This document shows, piece after piece, positions 42,463 to 54,195 of a stretch of DNA of 64,000 nucleotides; within the stretch, counting starts at the first letter, position 1, and every line of letters begins with the position of its first letter. This DNA comes from Octopus bimaculoides (taxonomy: Eukaryota), in assembly GCF_001194135.2 (NCBI RefSeq), contig NC_068995.1:54395514-54459513 (forward strand), read 5' to 3'. The translations under genes were made by a program, and so were the position numbers. A model generated the notes under the pieces. It was not told the origin of the DNA. It saw nothing but the letters and a program-made list of their open reading frames with translations, and ran no database searches.

Positions 42463-42565
42463 AATTAACTGGACCCGTGAAAAATTCACGGAAAATTAAA
42501 AATGTAGGCATCTCTAAATTCTGTGCTGGTGCCATGAGAAATGTTTCTATAGTGTGACAGATAAA

Positions 42566-42785
42566 TGCGGCGAGCTGACAGAATCGTTAACACGCCGGGC
42601 GAAATATTTAGCGGTATTTCGTCTGTCTTTATGTTCTGAGTTCAAATTCTATCGAAGTTGACTTTGCCTTTCATCCATTCGGTGCCGATAACTTTAAGTA
42701 GCAGTTGTGTACTGTGGTTGATCTAATCGACTGATCCCCCCCCCCACCAAAAAAATTGGTACCTGTGCCTATCGTAGAAAAGTAT
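42566..42785 (+). mobile_element. Octopus-type SINE family 1, full length
   Basis: gcggcgagctgacagaatcg (A-box-like)...ctgagttcaaattc (B-box-like)...gactttgcctttcatcc...gatctaatcgactg..ccccc...tgtgcctatcgtagaaaag. Confidence 0.93.
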
Positions 42786-42966
42786 GTTACGCCAGATACA
42801 GAATATAGAGAGAAGTGCAAAACTGTTAACTATATAATCCAACCAAAATATCTCAGTTATGCAAACTTAAACAAGTTTACTATTTAACCTTAAAATATAT
42901 TGTACATATTCAGAGAACCTTCTTGGTTTAGTGATAGGGAACGTTTTCTTCGTATTTTTTATTCTT

Positions 42967-43040
42967 TTACGTCATCTCTCACTCAGTTTCTCTTTCACTT
43001 CCTCTGAGAGAGAGAGACATGACGTCATGAAACTGATTGG
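42967..43040. promoter_or_regulatory. Cluster of CRE, ETS and CCAAT-type motifs
   Basis: TTACGTCA 42967-74, ACTTCCT 42997-43003, 12-bp palindrome CATGACGTCATG 43018-29, TGATTGG 43034-40. Motifs only; no functional evidence. Confidence 0.25.
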
Positions 43041-43140
43041 CGGATAGGCATTCGTTAGTATTAAAGAAAGGGAGAAAGTAGAATTAATATTTTTGATTTT
43101 GCTCGATTCTATATTAAAAAATATTTCCTGCATTACTTGA

Positions 43141-43410
43141 TACAAGAAAAAAGAAACTGGAAAAATCCAGACCAAAAGTTTCATGACAATTGACGCACCA
43201 TGTCTCGGTGAAAACAAAGTCAAAGAAAATGAAGAAAACTGGAAAATACGCAGGTTGTGAGCAATAAAGAGAGTGGACGCGATAGCAGTAATAATTGGTG
43301 TGTTTGGCAGTATCATCACTCCACTACCAACATGGCTCAAAGAGATCGGTGCAAATGTAAAGACATCACACACAACAAAATAAGCTGTCTTCATGAAATA
43401 ATAATAATAG
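43141..43410 (+). mobile_element. R4/Dong-type non-LTR retrotransposon, RLE endonuclease 3' end (decayed)
   Basis: One frame: ..MTIDAPCLGENKVKENEENWKIRRL*AIKRVDAIAVIIGVFGSIITPLPTWLKEIGANVK.., matching the IDxxxP..D.xxxKExEK / V.VIPVVIGALG pattern of R4-clade RLE. Followed by taataataatag. Confidence 0.8.
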
Positions 43411-46400
43411 ACAGCAACACCAACAGCGATAATAATTATATATATATATATATATATACACGTTCCTATGAATCAACGTACATAAATATTATTTTCTTTT
43501 ATACATGAACGTTAACATACGTTGCAAATTCGTTGCATACCCTGCGAATTATTTTTGTGAGATTAATCGCTTTAAAACAGTATCAGGAATGTTATTATAT
43601 AAATCACAAATACCAAATTCCATGATCTATATTTGAGCCAATCTATAGAGAATATCATCAATATATAAACAATAAATATTCATCCGATGGCATTTCTGCT
43701 ATTTTAGTGATAATTAATTATTCCTCAGAATATTAGTTCTCCATCAAATTTATGGAATTATTATTTGTCTGTCGTCTAAGGCAACTTACATTAATTTTCC
43801 TTCATATACCGCTGATATGTTGAAATGACTAAATTAATCCTGTCGAGTTGTCAAGTCTCAAGACATTGCTTGCTGCTTTTTACTGATTCAGTGATTTGCC
43901 CAAGGCCTGGATGTGAATAAAAGTAATTGTACACACTAGTAGATTATGAAGAGAAAATTAAAATATTTCAGTACAACATTATGTCATATCCTCAAAAATG
44001 AACCTACTAAAAGTACGTGAGAGAAGTTTTAAATATGGTGTTTGTAGTTAAGATTTATCTTCCCGGTAATATAATTCCCATTACTGTGTCAAATATAATT
44101 CAATAAATGTATTGTACAACATTCCCATACTAATCAGTGTAAGAATAAATATAGTCATTTATCAACGGAGCATTCGTTTGAGAAAGATATATCGTAATGT
44201 GCAAACGTAGATTTGAAACTGCAAGATATATGATGTAAAAATAGTTTATTAATGTATATTAATGAACGGATTCTAGGAGTTAATTATAAATTACCATATA
44301 TATATATATCAATATATAGATAGATAGATATATGCTTCAAAATATTCAGAAAATACACAAGCAAGAGATACAGCCAATGGAGCAAAAAGCATGATGTACT
44401 TGTTTTACGCTAAGGAAAAAACGGAAGTGTGTTTGACGTATCGAACCTATATATTCTCTTGAACGTAATGGGAAGAGAAAACAGATGGTGAGGGGGGTAA
44501 GAATGGAGAGAAAAAATCGTGCCTGGATTAACAGTTGTTGCACATACTGTAATGACTAGAAGGAAGGAAGTATTTGGTGACCAGGGCTGCAAGGGAGAAA
44601 ATAGTGACGTGGCCAAAGTGTGAGTGTGGGGGCAATGACCTGACTACATTGCGTGTGTATGTAAGTCGCCGCCTCATAGGAAGGTCATAATCAACCTAAG
44701 CATTCATTACAAAGTAATTCTCACACTTCCACCTATTTTCCACATATTTTTCAGTACCGTTAGCGTGCATCATCTAAAAAATGAAGTATAGTGCACATGA
44801 CAAGATGTTTCATTTATATAGAATTCATATTTAAAACATGATGTATTGTCGTAATAAAAAAAGTTCTAAGTAATTTTAGAATGATGTACGCAATTCGTTG
44901 TTTTCATTAAATTATATTAATTAAACTTACTTCCCCTGTCATGATATGAAAGAGGAGAAACATAGAGGAGGCATTGTTATTAGAATCAACATTGAAACTT
45001 GGAAACAATGCCTCTGAATCAAATAACATACGATAACAGTATAAAACAATATTATTTGAATAAATGTAGCAGTAAACCAATAAGTATTGTTTGGTTTTGC
45101 TGTATATGGGTTAAATAAAGGTCGCAAAGCGTGAATCACAGAAATAACATTAAACGGTTTAGTTTATCATAATGTTGTTACGCATTCAATACAAAATTAT
45201 GCATTAAATTTACAATACATATATCTATCTGGTCTTATTTGTAAGGACTGACATATAAATATATATGTATACATATACACACATATGTGTGTGTGTGTGT
45301 ATTTTATTCAGACGACACTGAGACTCTCGCAGCTATCAATTTGTGCCCAGTCATCAACGAAACGCAATCTTGATTGAGATCCAGGCGACGATTTAGAACG
45401 TCAATTATAGGATATGACTGGAAAGGAATGATGAAATTACTGCAGAGGAGATGAACCCGAAATGGCCTCCAGGTTGTGTACTAGTCACTCAAAACGGTAG
45501 GTGGATCTTCACATCAATGAGCGGGATGGGAGTAAGCAAGACGTATTTTGGACATCAAATGGAATAATACGTTTGCCAAAACTGAAGTTCTTATTCGTAC
45601 GCATATAACCAATTTATTGAAATTACAGAAATAACGACGTAACTGCTGACCGGGCTACCTATCGTGGAGAGGGGGCACTAGAATAAATCTGTCTGAACTT
45701 CAAGGGTCCTTGCTAGTCAGATATGAAGCCTTTTTGCGAGATCTTTGAACGACAGGAGGCTTTTGCTGCTGAAAACTCCGAAAGAAAAACAACAGCAGGA
45801 GGAAACTGTTAAATTGCGCTTTCGCATGGAGTCGATACTCACGTGAATTAAATGTACTTTATCAATATGATATAAGATTTGTAATTCACTCGTCCGGTTT
45901 CATGGTATGTGCGTATATAAAATCGTACGAGAGGCTGAAATGCCTAGACATGCTACAACAGTCTCAGCTTTGCTTTAAAGGACTTTATCTTCCATTATTT
46001 TATTAATATATCTCTCTCATAACTTGATACATTTCTCACATATATCTACAATCATGAATATCAAACAGGTGGTGGATTCACTTAGCATTTTTACAAACGC
46101 ACAAGGGATAATTTTATAACAATAGTTTGTAAACAGTTGCAAATAGATAAATTTTGATGTAGTAAATATATTATATATCATTAAATATACAAAAATATTA
46201 TTATCCAATGCATGATATATGTGCTACGCATCATGTACTTGCATTGCTGATTGGGCAGCTTTCTAATAAATGTTATACGTATAACAAGGTTATTGCTCAT
46301 TTACCGAATGTTTCATGGGGTCTAGTCTGACATTTTAACAAAAGGTGACAAATTACAAGAGTAATATTAAAACATTTTTGGTTTTATTGCCAGAATAAGC

Positions 46401-47198
46401 ATTTAAGGAACATCCACAATAGGAAATTAATTGTGAAATATATAAATTTTAGTAAAACATATTTCATGAAAATTCTAATTATAAGAAGAAATCTCAAGTA
46501 ACATCTCTTTCACCAGATATTTAATAAAATCCGAAAAGTAATTGTCATTTCAAATTTATCAGATGTAAATAAGGGATTCAAGTGAATGGATATTATAAAT
46601 TCATAGCTTTATATAAGATATTATGTATATATTGGATGAATGCAATACTGTATTTTAAAAACTGGCAAAGAAATTATTATCCCAATAAATATTAATGTAA
46701 TATCATGCTTAGGCTTTATATAATATCATCTCCATAGGCAATACTTGACAACTTTCTCCCACAACTATCCATTAGAACTTACTTATATATCCAGAGGCTA
46801 CACTTGAGTGGTTGGGTTTTAATATCTTTCATATATTCCATATGTAATGTGGGACGAAAGCGCAGGTGGTGACAGTTAAAATGATTTACACACAATAGCT
46901 TAATGTATGTTTAACAAACATTCATGGATAAAGGGCTTAAGCGAATATCTGCTGAAATAAGATGTAATATATGGATACACACACGCTGACCATTCACAAG
47001 AGGGTGGGGAGAGAGACAAAGAGAGAAAGATCTATGTATAAGTAGGTGGAGAGGTACATAGGTCATTATTGAAGTTTTCTATTAAAATCCCAATATCGAG
47101 ATAACCAGATATAATCAAGCAAATATTGAAATCAGTGTCACTCAAAAATAAAGTGCTTATTAATCACTCTTTAGTTTATCTCACTAGTATCCAAAATG

Positions 47199-47239
<41 letters not shown>

Positions 47240-47559
47240 GTGTGTGTATCTGGGTGGGTGAATCTATCTGTGGTGTGTTTGTGTGTGTGTGTGTGTGTGT
47301 GTTTGTCTATGTGTGTACATACATATATATATATATATATCCTCTGGAAGTATTTGGGTTTCGTTCATCATCCAAAAACCACCGTTATTTAAGGACCTTT
47401 GGAGCGGGAATGTCACACTTTTTACCAGGCCCTACCATGTCGTGCGCATATGGGTGTGATGCATGTGTTTGGTATACACCTATTAGACGTTTATTCATCA
47501 TGGGTATATTGGGCTTTATATGTTTGTGCTCTAGTCATTTTGATGGTAAGCGCTGCTCT

Positions 47560-47855
47560 GGGAAATCTCAAGCATTCAACCTCCTGCTCTCCATGGATAA
47601 TTTGAAGCACTATAGCAAGGATGAGGCACAAGTGAGTTCTGAAGTGAACACAATCTAGTGTTTTATTGCTGATATTAGAATGGAACTCGGTCTCCAGAAG
47701 TGTGACATAAAATATCTGAAAAGAGGCAAGGTACAGTCCCTAGCAGGGAATAAAATTACCTAATAGAGAATTGGCTAAACAAATTGAAAAGGAAAGCTAC
47801 ACATACTTTGGCATACTAGAGTCCAACGAGATCATGGAGAAGCTCATGAAAAGAG
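47560..47855 (+). mobile_element. R4/Dong-type reverse transcriptase core fragment (pseudogenised)
   Basis: NLLLSMDNLKHYSKDE..(YMDDLKLY box degenerate)..DIRMELGLQKC..LKRGKV..KLPN....IEKESYTYFGILESNEI, with one stop and one frameshift. Confidence 0.85.
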
Positions 47856-48034
47856 TTGCAGTCAACTCTATCGCTTGATTGGCGCTTCAAGTCATAGAAG
47901 CTTGAAGAATGAGATAGTCTGCAGTGAAATTTGAGAGTAATGACTTATAAAAAATCTCACAGAGTAGTTTTCAAACAAAATCATAAAAGTTTGGCAGCAT
48001 GAATATGCATGATGTTAAGAATAGTTAACTTTAA

Positions 48035-48780
48035 AAAGTGACAAAAGTGAAATTATAGAAGAGTAGGAAATCTTTTGGGAGATGAAGTAAATTTTAAATG
48101 CAATTTACGGGCTTGAGATGTATAGGCCTTCGATTTGTGGGCAGTGTCACAAATACTGTCTGCAATAGTAATCCTTAAAAAATCAAGGATGAATTAAATT
48201 ATATAAACTGGAGGACGGTGCTCCCAAAGCACAGATGCATCCATTTGCAATCGATTGTGGAATGTTTGTAGTATAAAACAAAATATGAAACCGATTAAAG
48301 TTAGTTGAAGAAGCAGCAGAAGAAATGAAAAACAAGTCCAGTTTTCTCTTTTGATATAAAAGGGCTTTCCTGAAGGAGATATTAACTCAAAGAATATTTA
48401 AAGATTAGACACAGTATTAAAAACAAACAAGATAGTGAAGAAAAACAATAAAAACCTAAAGGAAAGATCTTTCGTTTATTTTCATGAAAAAGATAGGTGT
48501 TTCGTGAAAAGCTATTGAAGACAAAGACTGTGGAATGCTTTCAAAAACTAGGGAGAAAGCCCTATAGTTAGATTGAACCAACATACGGATAAATCATAAA
48601 CGATGTTCACCCAAAGGTAGATTATTCGACGATAGAAAAATGAATATGGTTACATTGTAAAAGAAGGCAAACAGCAAAAATCAAATACATGGATCTGAGT
48701 GGATTTCTGAAATAGATGACTGGAAATTGTGCAGATAATACGTTGAAATGAGGTGGTTTGTTACACAGTTCAAGTAAGAT
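48035..48780 (+). mobile_element. Older, heavily decayed R4/Dong fragment (thumb to Zn-knuckle)
   Basis: Scattered collinear remnants: YRRVGNLLG (48054), DELNYINWRT..HRCIH, SPKGRLFDDRK (48607, cf. SPKCRLC), WKLCR (48721). Confidence 0.5.
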
Positions 48781-49189
48781 ACAAACACATGACATCTTTC
48801 ATTGCCTTCGTTGATGAGAAGATGAAATATGTATTGTAATGCGGATCGGCATGAAATTTAATAACACAGTCAAGAAAAAGTAAAATTATATACCAAGTAG
48901 AAATATGGAACACTGAACCCAGACATTAACAAGTATATGCTACAGATAACCCCCTGTGAAACTTAAGGAATTGTAAGGATGAATTTGAATGTGCATCTTT
49001 AAAATTTAGATTGAAGCATCGGAGCGTGCATAATGTTTGTATAATTCAGTTACCAAGCATTATACAGATACAAATATGAATTCCAGAAAAGGACTCTTGC
49101 AACATAGGGGATAAAATTGACTCTCGTAAGTGACAACGGGTTCGGATCTGGTAAGAATCATTAGCAAACTATTTGCAGCATGTTGCAGA

Positions 49190-50095
49190 AGATTACTAAA
49201 GGCAGACGTCACTGGTGATACTGCGATACTAGGAGCCAAAAATGATAATGTGCAGAGTGAAGAACGGAGAGTATCGCCAGCCAAAGATGCCACCCAAAAA
49301 ACCCGAAAGTGTAGGGGAATTCAGAGACAAACAAGGACACCAGAAAGAACAAAAGGAAAGAAATTTAACTACATGGCCAATTCATGCAACAAATCAAGAA
49401 TGTTGAAAGTAAAGATCGCTGGCTCTGGCTGACGGCCAGAAGAATTAAACGAAAGGCGGAGACGCTAATTATAGCCTCTGAACACAAATCTGATAAGTCA
49501 AAGATTGACAATATTCATTCAGTCAACAAATATAGAACATGCAGGAAAGGAAACGAAAATATCAATCACTTTTGATTGAATGCAGTACATTAGCACAAAA
49601 GGATATTGAGCATGAATGTAGGTAAAAAAGAGAGCATCGGGATGTTAGCCGTGTGTATGGCTTCAAAACAACAAAATGCAACTGTCTACTAGAGATTGGG
49701 TCTCGATATAACCGCTATCCGTTGTGACATGTCAACACCAGGGACCTCCTAATGGGTGTAATGCAAACTTAAATATAGTATCTTCAATGCGTCCATGAGA
49801 CTAAGCAGTACAATAGACCTGGTCGTTGTCTAGAAAGTCTTGCAAGGGTTAGGACAAAATGGTCTCAAAGCGACAATAGGACAGTGATAGAATTCAATTA
49901 CAGAAGCAAGCTTACCAAAGTAGGATACTGAAAAATTATGTATATCATGACAATCCAAACTGCTAGCAAAGAAACTGAAGGCATTGTAGACCTGGAGGAA
50001 AGTACAATCCTGAATTGTGCAAGGATGAAATGACTGATACATCAAATTGGAGGTAACATGCTGTCACTAAACCTCAAGACAGCATCATTGTTAAC
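49190..50095 (+). mobile_element. R4/Dong-type fragment: HGQF motif, CCHC knuckle, RLE (pseudogenised)
   Basis: LHGQFMQQIKNVESKDRWLWL..RIKRKAETLIIA..KIDN....KYRTCRKGNENINH / LIECSTLAQK, then NRP.LVVV at about 49812. Confidence 0.8.
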
Positions 50096-50619
50096 TAATA
50101 AATCATGAAACAAAATAACAACAACGTCGGTGTTGTGAATGTTCATGTTGTAAGGAAAAAAAGATTCTTTGACAAGATAAAAAAGCACTAGAAGACAAGG
50201 AAATACTATAAACAATTTAGCATAAAAATAAAACAGGAAACTTTCAGTGACTTGAAAGTCTTACTTAAAAAAATTTCCGCATGGATGGTTCAATCAATCA
50301 ACAACTATTATGAGTAATAAAAACACTAATTTATGAAATTGATGCTTCGTAAATCTATGGCAGATTTCCTCTCGTGCAATACTAGATTATTCAGTCATGT
50401 CAAAAGCAAATTTGTTCCCCTCATTCTTGCCAGAATCTTGCAGACGCACAGTTGGTATAAACACGTTTAACAATGAAAATATTACCAGACTCTTTCACAT
50501 ATTTTGCTTTTATAATGATGATAAAAAAACAAGTCCAACGTTAATTATCTTATTTAGAAAACGAGAACACTCACAGCAAAAGAGCTAAAATAACACCAGC
50601 TAAAAGAGCAGTGATGATG

Positions 50620-50620
<1 letters not shown>

Positions 50621-50671
<51 letters not shown>
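50621..50671. repeat. (TAA)n microsatellite
   Basis: Perfect run preceded by (TGA)3. Confidence 0.98.
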
Positions 50672-50674
<3 letters not shown>

Positions 50675-51250
50675 CATTAAAAACAATATTGGCTGTGCAC
50701 CGTTCTTTTACCATTCTAGAGAAGATAATGAAACAGTCAAAAACAAAGAAAGAAATAGAGAGAAAGATTAAATGTAAGCAGAGTGAGTTGATGGAGAAGT
50801 CTATTACCATAGAAACCTAATACGTAACCATGAGATATAGTGGAACTTCGCGTGTATATTTGTTATAGTAAAATAATAATTTCCTTAGGAAGCCTTCGGT
50901 TCATGACATGTCCATCTTAATATGCTACATCTGAATAAACATAATGACTAAATGTGCAATGAATGCCTTGTAATTATCGATTGAATTTTTCCGGACATTT
51001 TATGAATAACACTCAGCATGAGACACCGTCACGTGATTGTCATATGCTGCATTATCTATTCGAAAGTCACATATAATATAGTGTAGAAAAGTGGCGAAGA
51101 CTCGTGGATTGTCAGATCTCACTTCATTAAGTTCAATTAAGAAAGAAGGAATGGGACATGCAGTAAACGAACAATATAGATAAGAATGTATCAGGAAATC
51201 TTTAATAAAGATTTGAATGTATATCACGGGAAAATTTCTTCAACTCTCTA

Positions 51251-51285
<35 letters not shown>

Positions 51286-53083
51286 TGTGTGTGTGAGAGT
51301 NNNNNNNNNNATATATGATATATACATATATACATGCATATATTTATATACAAACATCGCTTCATCTATATACACATTCTTTCACAAACATTCAGGTATA
51401 TGCACATATTCGTAATCACATGACTCTGTGTATATCTTTCTATATATTTCAATCTGACTATAAATATTTGTCTGTGCGCACACAGACACACACGCACAAC
51501 AAATATACGGATGATGAAGGTAAATATCATTGAAATTATTATATCTGAAAATAAATGTAAACACAATGTTTTCAAGGTGATCCTATGCGTTTTCTTCTCT
51601 CTCTATATTCACACCAACCCATATGTATATATGATTATATAATCATGTGTATATGTATATGTGGTGATGTGCGCTATACAGCCTAGTTTTGCATTAATCC
51701 TTGAATAGTCGAGCATGACAAATGCGTTCGTCAACTTTCTACATACAGTACAGTTTCAACGAGAATGTGGCAGGCAAATTATGCAAACATGCACTCACCC
51801 ACCCATATTTAGATGCCCTCTTAAATTATGAAACAAACACCATTCCACAGCATACATTCACTGAGAAACACAGAGACACACAAACGCTTAGGTCCTCACA
51901 CACGCAATCACATATACTCACATATCTTACTCACACATGCATAGTAATTTAGAGAAGCGAAAAAGATTAATATGCTTAAACACATATGCACATTTTCCCG
52001 TAGTGAATAAGGTTTCATTAGAAGGTGTAATCTAATAATAAATACTGCATATTTTCAAATTGATGTTATCTGCATATTGTGGTGTTTCTTCCTTCAGTAT
52101 TTTGTCATACGATCCCGAAATAATCCGAAATATTAGGAACAGAAGAAGAAAAACCTGGCACAGCATGGTATCCATTTGTTCAGAGTAAAACGTGAATCAT
52201 ACCTGCAATTAGAAGGAAAAAAAGGTATTAATATATTTAGAAAGATATTAATTGAATTTAGACAGTTTTCTTTTTGTATTGAGAGTAAACGTGTATATGT
52301 CATCAACTGCAAAAGTAAAATGATAGAGTTGATGTGCGTGTGTGTGTACATGCACACATATGCATAAGTATATATGCAAACACACACACACACANNNNNN
52401 NNNNNNNNNNNNNNNNNNNNNNNNNNNNNNNNNNNNNNNNNNNNNNNNNNNNNNNNNNNNNNNNNNNNNNNNNNNNNNNNNNNNNNNNNNNNNNNNNNNN
52501 NNNNNNNNNNNNNNNNNNNNNNNNNNNNNNNNNNNNNNNNNNNNNNNNNNNNNNNNNNNNNNNNNNNNNNNNNNNNNNNNNNNNNNNNNNNNNNNNNNNN
52601 NNNNNNNNNNNNNNNNNNNNNNNNNNNNNNNNNNNNNNNNNNNNNNNNNNNNNNNNNNNNNNNNNNNNNNNNNNNNNNNNNNNNNNNNNNNNNNNNNTAT
52701 ATATATATATATATATATATATGTATACAAATGATTAGATAGATTTTATATATTCATACATGTCTATGTGCATGTGAACTGTGTGTATGTGTTTTTGTGT
52801 TAGTGCGTGTGTGAAATGTTTCTTGTTAGGATTAGCAAGTAGTCCATCCTCAAGTATGATATCCGACAGAGAAGAATTATTTCGAATATGTGTGATAGAA
52901 ACAAAAGATCGGTAATATCTAGTCGTATCTGAGATATGAAGCAAAGTCAAATATCTCTGACGGTCAATTAGAGTATTGCAGTGCCAAATTTTAGGCCAGT
53001 CGTCAGTGTTATTAAATTGTGTTACGTGCAAAACTGAAAGAATATAGATCTTCATTACATAGAATAACTGTATCCATCATTCT

Positions 53084-53790
53084 AAATTCGAGCTCTGCAC
53101 TACCAGCGTCCAAAACTGAATATGAAACTTACAAGGTACACTGGTCCACAGGGAATTACAATTCCAGAGCCTAAATCAGTTAGGGACCTAGGTATCGACA
53201 TGAGTGATGATACCTCTTTCCAAGTGCCCATTATCCGGATGTCGACAAAGTGCAGACGACTGGCTGGGTGGATCCTGAGAACGTTCAGAACCAGAGATAA
53301 CGAAAATATGATGGTCTTCTGGAGGACATTCGTCCTCAGCCGCCTGGATTACTGCTCACAGCTATGGTCACCCACGAGAGTTAAATTAACAGCGGACCTT
53401 GAAGCAATCCAGAGAAGATTCACAAACAAGACCATCTCTTTGCAATTGCTCAACTACTGAGAAAGGCTGAAACAGCTAAGAGTCTACTCCCTGGAGAGAA
53501 GGCGGGAGAGGTATGCAGTAATATACAAGTGGAAGATCCTAGAAGGAATTGTGCCAAATTTTGGCATTGAAAGCTGCACCAACGCCAGAACGGGACGACA
53601 CTGCATAGTGACAACGATCGCAGCAACGCCATCGCGATTCAGGACCAAGTTACTGCAAGAGCCTGCGTTTCAGGGGCCCACATATTTTTAATATTCTGCC
53701 ACAAAGTAGATGTAGGCATTTTTAACTCAAAGCTTGACCTCCTCCTGTCGAGAGTCCCAAATGAACCTACTTCACGGCAAGAGATAACGA
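53084..53790 (+). mobile_element. CR1-group LINE, RT C-terminal / 3' fragment
   Basis: SVRDLGIDMSDD..F..GWILRTFRTRD..FWRTFVLSRLDYCSQLWSP..LEAIQRRFT..NY*ERLKQLRVYSLERRRERY..WKILEG..FRGPHIFNILP..KLDLLLSRVPNEP. Typical CR1-type motifs; one in-frame stop, one frameshift and a short deletion. Confidence 0.92.
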
Positions 53791-54120
53791 CCATCATAAA
53801 GTCTTATGGAACTTTAATATACAGACTGATCACGATCTTCATGTAAGACGACCAGGTATTATCGATTTGGACAAGAAGGGAAAATGAATAGGTCATCATA
53901 TTCATTGTTCTGTATGTGCTGTCATGAATGTCAGGAACAAAGTACTGTAGAAAATAAGAAAATACCAGGATTTAGCTGTAACTACGAGTGCTCCAATTCA
54001 GAAATCTGCTCTTGTGGGAAAATGCACCGATTGTAAGAAAAGGTCGTCGATGTTTAAGGAAACAGGTTGCGACCTGATGCTAAGGATATTGATTTTGAAT
54101 ACAAAACAATCGTGCACACC

Positions 54121-54122
<2 letters not shown>

Positions 54123-54195
<73 letters not shown>
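54123..54195. repeat. (AGT)n microsatellite
   Basis: Direct reading. Confidence 0.98.

Noticed and set aside
42972-43394. 140-aa minus-strand ORF
   Set aside because: Largely antisense to the R4 RLE remnant on the plus strand.
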